64,000 nucleotides of DNA from an uncultured Gemmatimonadaceae bacterium (GTDB lineage: Bacteria; Gemmatimonadota; Gemmatimonadetes; Gemmatimonadales; Gemmatimonadaceae), in NCBI GenBank assembly GCA_963781585.1, contig CAWAGQ010000014.1:64001-128000 (forward strand), written 5' to 3'. Positions 1-9,209 of the stretch are shown piece by piece; the first letter of the stretch is position 1, and every line of letters starts with the position of its first letter. Made by a program: the position numbers and the translations under genes. The notes under the pieces are model-generated. The model was not told the origin of the DNA. It saw only the letters and a list, made by a program, of their open reading frames with translations, and made no database searches.

Positions 1-623
1 TGATAGTTCTTGAAGTAGTCGGTCGGCGTCACCGTCGGCGAGATGTTCGTCCCCTGATCGTCCGACGCCGCGATTGGCGCGCTGTCGATGACCACGTTCA
101 GCCGTTGCTGTACGCCGGCGTCCACTGCGCCATTCATCTCCAGCAGCTCGGTCCAGCGCGCCGGAACCGCGTCGTTCAGGTAATCCTGCGACGGGTTGAG
201 CAGGTTCATGGGCGGATAGTGGAAAAGCTGGAGCCCCAGCGGATTCACCATCGCCATGCCCAGCGGCAGCATGAAGCGCCAGCCGTCGCTGGTCGGATCC
301 CAGAGCCCGGCCGTCTTGATGGCCGGGATATCCGTGAAGAGGGCGCCAGCGCCGTTCGCCAGGAACGCCGGCAGCCGGGTCTGATAGGTCGTCACGCCTG
401 GAGGCAGGTCGCCGGCGGCGCTGATGTCGAGAACGAGGCTCGATCCGTCCTGCCGTACTGCCGCGGACACGCCCTGGGCGACGTAGCCATCGCGATCCAG
501 TGTCTGCTGAAACCAGTGCAGAATGGTGTCGGACAGCGTCGCGCCGCTGCCGGGAACGTTTGGACACGAGTAGAGCTGCGTTAGGCGGTCGGCATCGCCG
601 AGGGATACCGAAACGGTAGTCAT
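1..623 (-). CDS. Hypothetical protein, 3' end truncated by the window edge
   Basis: Manual translation from ATG at 623 is open to position 1 (MTTVSVSLGDADRLTQLYSC...LFHYPPMNLLNPSQDYLNDAVPARWTELL...). Not in the ORF track because no stop lies in the window. Confidence 0.7.
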   Translation of the reverse strand, partial: MTTVSVSLGDADRLTQLYSCPNVPGSGATLSDTILHWFQQTLDRDGYVAQGVSAAVRQDGSSLVLDISAAGDLPPGVTTYQTRLPAFLANGAGALFTDIPAIKTAGLWDPTSDGWRFMLPLGMAMVNPLGLQLFHYPPMNLLNPSQDYLNDAVPARWTELLEMNGAVDAGVQQRLNVVIDSAPIAASDDQGTNISPTVTPTDYFKNY

Positions 624-834
624 GAGCGCCTTCGCGTGGGGGGGGGAAGCGGCCCCAGCCTGTCGGACGGGGCGCAATATACACACCCCGGCCGCCCTGT
701 CGACTTCAGCGGTGTCCCGAACCGACGCCCGGTGAATCGAGCCAACCAGTAGCGCGAGATCCACTGCGAGTCGGATGGTGCGCTTCGCGGCCGGACCGTG
801 CCCGGCAGCGAACGCGAGATTGGCGGGCGCTAAC

Positions 835-2769
835 CTACAGCGCCGCCACGAGCTGCCTGAGTGCCGTCAGCCGCTGCGTGAGCGCGTCACGCCCACCCAG
901 TTTCTCCATCCGTTGCAGGATCGGATCGGGAAGGAACTCGCGGTCCGTGCACTCGATCATCGCCGCCACTTCCTGCAGCTCGCGTTCGATGCCCTGGGTG
1001 GAAGGCATGAATCGCGCGACGACCTCGCGGAGCGCGTCGGCGGTGACCCCGCTCGCTCCCGCCAGCAGCGACCGCCGCCACGCCCGACCCACCATCCCTT
1101 CGATGTCGGCACCGGAAATCTGCCCCTTCTGCGGAATCGCCGGTACGTCCCCGGCGCGGAGCGTCGTGCCGAGCTTCTTCGCCATCACCACGAACAGCTG
1201 GCGGACTTCGTCCTCGTCGTGCGGATAGAACAGCGGAATGTGCACCTCGGCCCGCCCCTGCCGCTTGATGTCGATCGGCAGGAGATCGGGCCGCGCCGTG
1301 AGCAGCATCCACAGGATCCGCCCGCGATAGCGCGTGTCGCCCATCTGGGTGGCGATCATGCCGAACACCCGGCTCGACGTGCCCGAATCGCCCTCCATGT
1401 CGCGGTCGCCTAACGCCGCGTCGGCTTCGTCGATGATCACCATCACCGGCCCCATCGCCCGCAGCACCGACAACACGCGCTCGAGGTTTCCTTCCGTCTC
1501 GCCGACGTATTTGGACCGGAAGTTCTTCAGCATCACGCACGGAATGCCGATCTCGCCGGCGGCGCACATCGCCAGAAAGGACTTGCCCGTTCCCACCGGT
1601 CCGCACAGCAGGTATCCCATGGGCACGCAGTCGAGCGCGCCACGGGCCAGCAGCGCCGCGTCGTCCCGCAGCCGCTGCTTCGCCGCGTCGTGTCCGATGA
1701 CCGTGTCGAGCTTCCACTTCGACTCGACGAACTCCAGCAGGCCCTGCCCCTGACGTTCCAGCAGGCGTTTCTTCTGCGCGCGGAACAGCGGGGCGTCGAG
1801 CCGCTCGCCGCCATCGGCTGCCGAACGAATGAGCACCGACAGGTCGTTGAGCGACATGCCCGCGCTCAGCGTCGCCAGCTGCTCAGGCGAATAGTCCGAA
1901 ATCGCGCTCCAGGTGACCACGGCCGGAGCGTATTGGGGGGGCGCGAGCGACCCACCGCCGGCCGCGTCGGGACGCCCGATGGTAGCCTCCTTCGCCCCAC
2001 CGGTTCGCGGGGGGTCGGTCGCGCTGGGCGCCGAGGCCGCGTCGCGCACGAAACCGAGTCGTTCGCGCTCGCCAGGGAGCGGGACCTCGATGGTGGCGAC
2101 GTGCGGATTTCCCGTGATGCGGTCGCTCAGGTCGGTCCGGCGCTCATCGATCAGCACGAACGCCATCTCCAGCCGCTTCACCTGCGTGCTGGTGGCCCAG
2201 TTGAGCAGCGTGACCGCCATGCCAGACGCCGGAAAGCTCAGACGCCCCGGCTCGCCGGCCGGGAGGAGATACGACGCGCTGCTGACGATGAACGCGAAGC
2301 GCAACCGCTTCTCGGGCGGCGCCATGATGTTCTCGCGCACGAACAGGTCGATCACGTTGAAAACGATCGTGGGATCGTTCTTCAGCGTCGACAGGTCGCC
2401 GATGCGTCGGGTGGCCAGCGCCACCATGTCCTTCAATCGCCGCTCGTTGCGCCCGGCGAACGCGCGCAGCCCGCGCCCCAGGTCGTAGTGCAGGATGAGG
2501 TCCCACTGGCCGAACATCTGCTCGGACAGGAAGTCCACCAGCCCGCCGAACGGCGCGCGCTCGGGCGCATCCACATCGGCCAGCGCGACCAGGTCGTAGG
2601 CGTTCCCGTGCAGCACGAACACTGACGTGGTGCCGGAGAAGTACAGATCGGCGAGCGAAATCGCCCACCCCGGATACCAGGCAGGCAATTCGTCGCGACG
2701 GGGCCGACGTCGCTCCGACTCCCCGGTGTCCGTCACGCCGGCAGGTGTCGCGGCCGACTCAGTGCTCAC
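835..2769 (-). CDS. AAA+ ATPase, classic clade (Vps4/Cdc48-like module) with a long N-terminal region
   Basis: Walker A GPVGTGKS, pore loop SKYVGETE, Walker B VIIDEAD, second region of homology TARPDLLPIDIKRQGR. Probable GTG start at 2769 overlaps the upstream stop. Confidence 0.9.
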   Translation of the reverse strand: MSTESAATPAGVTDTGESERRRPRRDELPAWYPGWAISLADLYFSGTTSVFVLHGNAYDLVALADVDAPERAPFGGLVDFLSEQMFGQWDLILHYDLGRGLRAFAGRNERRLKDMVALATRRIGDLSTLKNDPTIVFNVIDLFVRENIMAPPEKRLRFAFIVSSASYLLPAGEPGRLSFPASGMAVTLLNWATSTQVKRLEMAFVLIDERRTDLSDRITGNPHVATIEVPLPGERERLGFVRDAASAPSATDPPRTGGAKEATIGRPDAAGGGSLAPPQYAPAVVTWSAISDYSPEQLATLSAGMSLNDLSVLIRSAADGGERLDAPLFRAQKKRLLERQGQGLLEFVESKWKLDTVIGHDAAKQRLRDDAALLARGALDCVPMGYLLCGPVGTGKSFLAMCAAGEIGIPCVMLKNFRSKYVGETEGNLERVLSVLRAMGPVMVIIDEADAALGDRDMEGDSGTSSRVFGMIATQMGDTRYRGRILWMLLTARPDLLPIDIKRQGRAEVHIPLFYPHDEDEVRQLFVVMAKKLGTTLRAGDVPAIPQKGQISGADIEGMVGRAWRRSLLAGASGVTADALREVVARFMPSTQGIERELQEVAAMIECTDREFLPDPILQRMEKLGGRDALTQRLTALRQLVAAL

Positions 2770-3634
2770 GAGCCATCGTCCGGCCCAAGTCGGCCTCCAG
2801 GATCGCCGGCGGGTCGGCAATCTGATCGGCCAGTCCCGAAAGACTCTGCAGCTGCTTCACGGCGTCCTCCGTCTGCTGCATGCTGTCCACGGCGGCCGTC
2901 ACCTGCGTGCTGAAGGTGTCGGGATCCTGCCGGCTCACCCCCATCTCCAGGAGCGCCTGGATCTTGGTCTCGATCCGGTCGAGCTCCACCGAGACGAACT
3001 CGGCGTCCTTCATACTCTTCTTATAGTTGTCGAGCCGCAGCTGGGCGTCTGCCAGGCTGTCCTGGAGTGATCGCGTCACGCGCTCGTCCTTCTCCTTCTG
3101 CGCGGCCGCCAGGCGATCCTGCACGTCCTTCAGCCGCAGCGACAGCTCTTCTTCACTGGTGCTCTTGAGGAATCGGTCCAGGCCGGCCTGGGACACGAGC
3201 AGCCGGAGGAAGAGAAAGAGCAGGCGGTCGAGGGCCGGCGTCCGGATCGAATCGGCGGAGTCGGAGCCGGTCGACGTCCGGCCCATCACGCCCGAGGCGA
3301 TGTCGCGCATCTCGAAACAGCGCTGGCGCAGCAGCAGAAAGCGCCGGAGCGATTGCGGCGGCAGGCCATTGATCATCCGCTGCAATTGTGCCGACGCCGT
3401 CGCGCTGGCCACGCGCCCGTCGATGCCCGCCCGTCCGGCGCTGGCGGCCTTCGCGTCAATGGCGGTACGGAAGCGCGGAATGGCAGTGAGACCCGTGAGG
3501 TAGGCGAGCTCCAGCCCGAAGGTGATGGGGACGAGCGCGTCCGGCCAGGGCGACAACGTTGCCAGCCCCACTCCTCCGAAGAAGAAGAGCAGGTTCCAGG
3601 GATACAGGAAGGCGGCCTTGAAGTATTTGAGCAA
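2759..3634 (-). CDS. Hypothetical protein with about 2 N-terminal TM helices and a helical/coiled-coil domain
   Basis: Hydrophobic N-terminus, heptad-like charged C-terminal half, strong GC3 codon bias, overlaps the ATPase start. Confidence 0.8.
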   Translation of the reverse strand: MLKYFKAAFLYPWNLLFFFGGVGLATLSPWPDALVPITFGLELAYLTGLTAIPRFRTAIDAKAASAGRAGIDGRVASATASAQLQRMINGLPPQSLRRFLLLRQRCFEMRDIASGVMGRTSTGSDSADSIRTPALDRLLFLFLRLLVSQAGLDRFLKSTSEEELSLRLKDVQDRLAAAQKEKDERVTRSLQDSLADAQLRLDNYKKSMKDAEFVSVELDRIETKIQALLEMGVSRQDPDTFSTQVTAAVDSMQQTEDAVKQLQSLSGLADQIADPPAILEADLGRTMAREH

Positions 3635-3651
3635 GACGGCGGGTGGGGTGG

Positions 3652-3700
3652 GAGTCCAGAGTCCAGGGTCAAGAGTTGAGGGTCGAGAGTCCGGAGTCCA
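3652..3700. repeat. Degenerate heptamer tandem repeat, 7 units
   Basis: GAGTCCA GAGTCCA GGGTCAA GAGTTGA GGGTCGA GAGTCCG GAGTCCA, intergenic. Confidence 0.8.
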
Positions 3701-3780
3701 GCCGGAGATCGGAGGTTGATGGTCAGACGTCGGGAGTCAACGCACCGAACTGCCGGCACCTGGACCGCTCTTGTCTGCCT

Positions 3781-4719
3781 TCATTCGTCCCCCGCGCGTG
3801 TGGAGCTTTCCAGTCCTTCCATCACGTCGCGAATCTCGAACACCAGATCCATGAAGTGCTTCTGGCGCTGCATCTCGCGCGCCGGAAAATCCGGGGGCGG
3901 AACGGAGAGCTGCTTCAGGATGGTGCCGGGTGCCGACGAGATGATGAACGTGCGGTCGCCAAGATACACGGCTTCTTCGACATCGTGCGTCACGAAGAAC
4001 ACCGTCGCTTGCGTCTCACGCGCCAGGTTCACCAGCAGATCCTGCATGTTGAGCCGGGTGCGCGGATCGAGCGCGCCAAAGGGTTCGTCCATCAGCACGA
4101 TCTTCGGTTCGAGAATGAGGGTGCGCGCGATGGCGACCCGCTGGCGCATGCCGCCCGAGAGCTGGTGCGGATACTTCTCGGCATCACGGGCGACGTCGAG
4201 CCCCACCTTCCCGATCCAGGCGGACGCCCGCTCCCGGCGTTCGTGGGCGCCGACGCCGCGGCATTCGAGGCCGAACGCCACGTTCTCCAGCACCGTGCGG
4301 TTATCGAACGACGTGTAGTCCTGGAACACCATGCCGCGGTCGGCGCCCGGACCGATGACCCCGCGCCCCATCACCAGCACAGCTCCCGACGTCGCCGGGT
4401 GCTGAGGCCCCAGCCCCGCGATCAGCCGGAGGATGGTGGACTTGCCGCATCCGGAGGGGCCGAGGATGGTGATGAACTCCATGCCCTCGGGCCGGTCGGC
4501 GATCGAGAACGAGATGTCCTTGATGGCCGTGAAGCCGTTGTCGTAGGTCTTGGTGACGCGGTCGAACGACACCACAGGGGGCGGTGCAATGGCCGCGGCG
4601 GCCGGCCGCGCACCGAGGGCCGCCGAGGTCTCGCCCGCCGGCAGACCAGACGCGCTCGTGTCGCGAAACGCCGTGCCGCCGGAGGCGTCGGCGCCCGCGT
4701 GCCGGGATGGCGTGCTCAC
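3781..4719 (-). CDS. ABC transporter ATP-binding protein, NitT/TauT family
   Basis: GPSGCGKST, LSGGMRQR, LMDEPFGALD, VTHD. Confidence 0.95.
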   Translation of the reverse strand: MSTPSRHAGADASGGTAFRDTSASGLPAGETSAALGARPAAAAIAPPPVVSFDRVTKTYDNGFTAIKDISFSIADRPEGMEFITILGPSGCGKSTILRLIAGLGPQHPATSGAVLVMGRGVIGPGADRGMVFQDYTSFDNRTVLENVAFGLECRGVGAHERRERASAWIGKVGLDVARDAEKYPHQLSGGMRQRVAIARTLILEPKIVLMDEPFGALDPRTRLNMQDLLVNLARETQATVFFVTHDVEEAVYLGDRTFIISSAPGTILKQLSVPPPDFPAREMQRQKHFMDLVFEIRDVMEGLESSTRAGDE

Positions 4720-5561
4720 TCTCGCTGGAAGCGGTACGGGAAGAGGCCGCGCTGAAACCAGTACAGCAGGCGGTCGATGCCGTAGGCCAGCAACCCGATG
4801 AGGAACAGAATGGCGAAGATGTGTTCGGTGAGGCCCCGCCGCTGGCTCGTCATCAGCAGATAGCCCAGGCCGTGCTTCGCGTTCACCAGCTCGGCGAGCA
4901 TGATGTAGCCGAACGCGAGCCCGAACAGGCTGCGCAGGCTGCTGAAGATGTCGGGCAGCGCCAGGGCGATCAGTACCTTGGTGATCACCTGCCGCGACGA
5001 GGCGCCTAACGTCTGGGCGGTCTCGACGTACCGGTTCTGCACGCTGCTCACCGCCTGGGCCGCATTGAAGAACACGAACGGCACAGTGGAAATGAAGATG
5101 AACATCGTCTTCTGCGCTTCGTCGATCCCGAACCAGAGGATCGTGAGCGGGATCAGGACCGCCACCGGGATGTTGCGCGCGAAGACCGACAACGGGTTGG
5201 TCAGGGCGTCGAACAGCCGGTAGGCGCCGGCCAGGATGCCCAGTGGTACGCCGATGGCGATGGCCAGCAGAAAGCCGCTGAACACCCGCTGGAGCGTAGC
5301 CGCCACCGACGCGAGCAACGCCCGCTCACGGAACAGCGACGGCAGGCTGCGGATCACTTCGCCCGGACTCGGGAGGAGCACCGGCGAGACGAGGCGCGTC
5401 TCCGGCGTCTTCCCCAGCGTGAGCCCCCACCAGATCAGCACCGCGATGGCGATCCCCACCAGGCCAAGCGCGTTCCGGACCAGCACCGGAGGCTCGCTGC
5501 GCAGCGCGAACAGGCGCTGCAGCGATGACGGCTTGCGCTCCGCCACGGCGACGCCTTCCAC
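4716..5561 (-). CDS. ABC transporter permease, NitT/TauT family
   Basis: LPSPGEV, EAA-like loop ETAQTLGAS, AEL...GLG, multiple TM helices. Confidence 0.93.
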   Translation of the reverse strand: MEGVAVAERKPSSLQRLFALRSEPPVLVRNALGLVGIAIAVLIWWGLTLGKTPETRLVSPVLLPSPGEVIRSLPSLFRERALLASVAATLQRVFSGFLLAIAIGVPLGILAGAYRLFDALTNPLSVFARNIPVAVLIPLTILWFGIDEAQKTMFIFISTVPFVFFNAAQAVSSVQNRYVETAQTLGASSRQVITKVLIALALPDIFSSLRSLFGLAFGYIMLAELVNAKHGLGYLLMTSQRRGLTEHIFAILFLIGLLAYGIDRLLYWFQRGLFPYRFQRE

Positions 5562-5567
5562 GGCCGG

Positions 5568-7298
5568 CTACTTCGCCTCCAGCGGATATACCTTGATCTC
5601 GACGCGCCGGTTCTTGGCGTTGTTGTTGGGATCGTTCGCATCCGCCGGACGGTCCCAGCCCACCCCCACCGTGCTGAACTGGTTCGGCTGCAGCGAGGGG
5701 AACTTCCGCAGGAGCGACTGCTTGACCGCGTTCGCGCGCCGCAGCGACAGCTCCTGCACGTCGGCCGCGGTCACCCCCCCTGACCCGCGCATCGACGCGT
5801 CGGTGTGCCCTTCGATGACGATCCGGGCGGCACCGAACTGGCCCGACAGGCGTCCGGCCTCCTCGATCACGGCCGGGGCCTCGGGATCGTACAGTTCTTC
5901 GACCGCTTTCCCGTTCTCCTGCTTGGTGATTTTCTTGTCGATCTCGTCGGAATTGGGATAGAAGTGGATGACGATCGTCTTGGTCAGGATTTCATTGCTC
6001 TCGGCCTGGATCGTGGAGGCCGAGGCCGGCACGAACTGGACGTCGTACTCGCTCTTCTGGTTGGCGTAGAAGGGCTCGCTGCCGAGCTTCTTGATGATCG
6101 AGAAGTCCATGACTTCGTCGAACGGCACCGGTGTCCCGGACACGCTGCCGATGCGCTTGTAGAGGAAGTACGCGGTGTTCCAGGTACGCTCGAAGTTGGT
6201 GGGGTTGTTCTGGTTGAGGAAGAACTCGCGATTCTCGGCGTAGTTGGTCGAGTGCGCGTCGCCGAGCATCGCCAGCGCGTCCTTCTCCGGAATGGAATAG
6301 CCTGCGGCCATCAGCGACGCCGCCTGCGCCTTCCCGTCCTGGGACTTCAGGGTCTCCATCGACTCGAAGATCCCGCGCACCAGTCCTTCGACGATCCCCG
6401 GGTTGTCCTTGGCAAAATCGGCCCGGGCGAACCAGACGTCGGCGATCAGCTTGTTGGCCGTCTGCGTGTTCACCAGCATGCGGTTGCCCTTGGCCTCCGA
6501 CAGATTGTAGATGTCGGGCGACCAGCTCACCGCACAGGCCACGCTGCGGTCGGCGTTGAACGCCGCCGCGGCCTGGAAGGCATCCTGCGTGAACTTGGTG
6601 TTGATCTCGTTCGGCTGGACGCCGCCGCTGATCAGCGTATTGAGCAAGAAGTAGTGCGAAGGGGAGTTCTGCGCGAGCACCACCGTCTTGCCCTTCATGT
6701 CGCTCACGCTCTTGATGGTCTGGCGGCAGACGATTCCGTCTCCCCCGTTCGACCAGTCGATCTGCTGATAGATCCGCGGCATGGTCCGCGAGTCCTTGCG
6801 GAGCTGCTCCACGAACAGCGGCACCATGTCGAGTGTCGCCCAGCCGATGTGGATCTTGCCCGACGCATACGCGTCGCGCATCGCCACCGGGTCGTCGATC
6901 AGCACCAGCTCGAGCTTGAACGTCTTTCCATTTGGCGCCTTCCACGCCTTGCCGGCCTTGAAGCCGCCGTTGGCGAGAATCACCGGGGCCCAGCCGGCCC
7001 ACACGTTGAGCGCCATCCGCACCGTGTTGTCGACCAGCGGCTCATACGCCGACGTGCCCTTCACCTCGGGCAGCTTCGCACCGGGGACGTAGGTGTACTC
7101 CTTCACCGTAGTGGCCGTGGAGTTGTCCGGCGCCTCGGACACGTTCCCCTTCATCTTCGCCAGCTCGTCGGCCGACACCGAACCGCCCGTGTCTCCCGCG
7201 CCGCGACCGCTGAACCGGTTGACGCCGAAATACACCAGCGCTCCCACGATCAGGAGCATGACCACGTAGAATGCGGGTCTTGGCTTGCCGTTAGCCAT
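5568..7298 (-). CDS. NitT/TauT-type substrate-binding domain fused to a C-terminal OmpA-like peptidoglycan-binding domain
   Basis: N-terminal TM anchor; WAGWAP and DWSNGGDGI binding-protein motifs; OmpA motifs IEGHTD, LSLRRANAVK, NRRVEI. Confidence 0.88.
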   Translation of the reverse strand: MANGKPRPAFYVVMLLIVGALVYFGVNRFSGRGAGDTGGSVSADELAKMKGNVSEAPDNSTATTVKEYTYVPGAKLPEVKGTSAYEPLVDNTVRMALNVWAGWAPVILANGGFKAGKAWKAPNGKTFKLELVLIDDPVAMRDAYASGKIHIGWATLDMVPLFVEQLRKDSRTMPRIYQQIDWSNGGDGIVCRQTIKSVSDMKGKTVVLAQNSPSHYFLLNTLISGGVQPNEINTKFTQDAFQAAAAFNADRSVACAVSWSPDIYNLSEAKGNRMLVNTQTANKLIADVWFARADFAKDNPGIVEGLVRGIFESMETLKSQDGKAQAASLMAAGYSIPEKDALAMLGDAHSTNYAENREFFLNQNNPTNFERTWNTAYFLYKRIGSVSGTPVPFDEVMDFSIIKKLGSEPFYANQKSEYDVQFVPASASTIQAESNEILTKTIVIHFYPNSDEIDKKITKQENGKAVEELYDPEAPAVIEEAGRLSGQFGAARIVIEGHTDASMRGSGGVTAADVQELSLRRANAVKQSLLRKFPSLQPNQFSTVGVGWDRPADANDPNNNAKNRRVEIKVYPLEAK

Positions 7299-7402
7299 CT
7301 TGAACCTCAGCGCACAGGTACGGGCTCATCGCGCGGAGCAGCCCCGGTCCCGACGCCCATGGCGCCGGGCGCCGTGGGTGCTGATCTCCGGGCGACGAGC
7401 GT

Positions 7403-8149
7403 TCAGGACGATGCCTTCTCCACGGTCGGTCCCAGGTTCTTCACTGCTTCGGCAACCGGCGTCGTCTCGGGGGATTTGAGCCCGAGCTGCACCTCGTACT
7501 TCGAGAGCAGATCCTCGGCCATCGCCTTGTCGGCCGCTTCATCCGCCTTGATCTGTTCGATGCCCTTCGACGAGAGATCGGCGGCCACCCGGGCCTTCCC
7601 CCGGTTGGTGTCGATCTTCCGCTGGATCACATCCTCGATCTGCCCGAAATCGGTGGTGACGTTCATGTCGAACGATTCGGAGATCTGCGCGATCTCGGCT
7701 TCCGCCGCGCTCATCTTCAGCTCGGCATGGTACTTCTGGATCTTCTCGCGGACCTTGATGAGATCCTTGTTCGCCTTCTGGATCTTCAGCAGGTTGTTCT
7801 GGTACGCGGACTCGTGCATCTGGAGCTGCTGTTCGTTCTGCGCCAGCTCCGTCTGCACCTTCTGCAGCTGGATCGCCATCTGGCCGGCCACGTCGCGATT
7901 GCCCGCCTTCAGGTGCGCCTTGATCTGCGCCTCGAGCTGCGCGGCGTTCGCCTTGCCGTTGGCCACCTGACGCGCCACGGTTTCCACCAGACCGCGGTAC
8001 ATTTCCAGCCCTTTGCGTCCTTCCTGCAGCCGCTCGGTGGCCTGGTCCACTTCGAGCTGCATCACCGCAATCGGATCAGACTCGAAGAAGACGTTCGCGA
8101 TCTTGTTCAGCTGCGCGCGAATGGCCCGAAAGAACTTTTCCAGAATCAT
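7403..8149 (-). CDS. PspA/IM30/Vipp1 family protein (ESCRT-III superfamily)
   Basis: Amphipathic N-terminal helix (ILEKFFRAIRAQLN), DP motif near residue 25, long helical hairpin with AG.RD.A turn, 248 aa all-helical. Confidence 0.82.
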   Translation of the reverse strand: MILEKFFRAIRAQLNKIANVFFESDPIAVMQLEVDQATERLQEGRKGLEMYRGLVETVARQVANGKANAAQLEAQIKAHLKAGNRDVAGQMAIQLQKVQTELAQNEQQLQMHESAYQNNLLKIQKANKDLIKVREKIQKYHAELKMSAAEAEIAQISESFDMNVTTDFGQIEDVIQRKIDTNRGKARVAADLSSKGIEQIKADEAADKAMAEDLLSKYEVQLGLKSPETTPVAEAVKNLGPTVEKASS

Positions 8150-9021
8150 GGCGTCGGCTTCCTCGGTCGCGGTGGAGTGACGGGCTTGGGCGTGGGAGGA
8201 GCGGGGGCCACCACCGATGACGAGTCAGCGGTGCGGGATGTGTCGTTGAGCGTCTCGCCCGCGTTCATCGCTTCGGCGAGAATCCGGCCGCGATAGATCG
8301 AGTCCAGGTTGGCGCGCAGGGCGAGACCGTTGCGCGCCTCCAGCACCTCGCCGCGCACATCGCGCACGAAGTTGAAGCGCGACGCGTCGACGTCGAACGC
8401 GACGAAGTACATCCGGACCGCGCCTTCGCTTCGGGCGTCTATCTCGCGAGCCACTACCCTGGGCGAACGCCCGGAGGTGTTCTCGCCGTCGGTGACGACC
8501 AGAATGTATTTCCGGATTGTTCCGGCGCGATACAGGTCCGCGCGTGCGACATCCATGGCGGTGCCGATCGCCGTGGCGCCATCGGGCATCGTCATCGCGT
8601 TGATCGCGCTGCGCAGCGCCTCCCGGTCGTACGGCTTCACGGGAACGAGCGGGACCACATTGGACGCGAACTGGTAGATCCCCACGTTCACGGGAAAGTC
8701 CAGTTGTCGCGCGACGAAGGAATCGGTGGTGGCCAGCATCGCCTCGAGGGCCTCGCGTGCCACCACGTACTTCGGCCGCGAATCGCCGGACGCCGTCCCG
8801 GTCATCGAGCCGGAGTTGTCGATCAGGATGGCCACCGAGGCCCCCAGCCCCTCGGAATGCTCGGGGACGTACCTCGGCATCGACGCCGGGTCGTTCTCCG
8901 GGGCGCCCTCGCCGGAATGCGCCGAACGCGCGCCACGCCGCGTCCAGAGGAACGCCGCCATCAACGCGAGGACGATGATGAACCCACGGGCGCTGCTTCT
9001 TCCGCGTCTCGCTGTGGTCAT
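8146..9021 (-). CDS. Membrane-anchored VWA domain protein
   Basis: MIDAS motif DNSGSM, GATAIG, VVTDGE, one N-terminal TM helix. Probable ATG at 9021; stop overlaps the PspA start (ATGA). Confidence 0.88.
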   Translation of the reverse strand: MTTARRGRSSARGFIIVLALMAAFLWTRRGARSAHSGEGAPENDPASMPRYVPEHSEGLGASVAILIDNSGSMTGTASGDSRPKYVVAREALEAMLATTDSFVARQLDFPVNVGIYQFASNVVPLVPVKPYDREALRSAINAMTMPDGATAIGTAMDVARADLYRAGTIRKYILVVTDGENTSGRSPRVVAREIDARSEGAVRMYFVAFDVDASRFNFVRDVRGEVLEARNGLALRANLDSIYRGRILAEAMNAGETLNDTSRTADSSSVVAPAPPTPKPVTPPRPRKPTP

Positions 9022-9209
9022 CGACCTGCTGCACCCTCCGACAGGGGAATCACGACAGGATGAGTATAGGAACCGGAGGGCCCCGCCAACAGACGCGCCG
9101 GGTCCGAAAGGGACAGCCGCGAGTTCGGGGCGTCTCCCCGGTGCTCCGCCATCGATGTCGCCAGCGGCGATCTCCTGGCGGCGGCCGCCGGATCCCGCGC
9201 CCGCGCCGC

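Noticed and set aside
5805..7970. Long antisense or alternative-frame ORFs (e.g. 5805-7970 +, 16171-18105 +, 42235-44430 +, 62660-63985 -)
   Set aside because: Shadow ORFs typical of high-GC DNA; they overlap well-supported genes and lack recognisable motifs.
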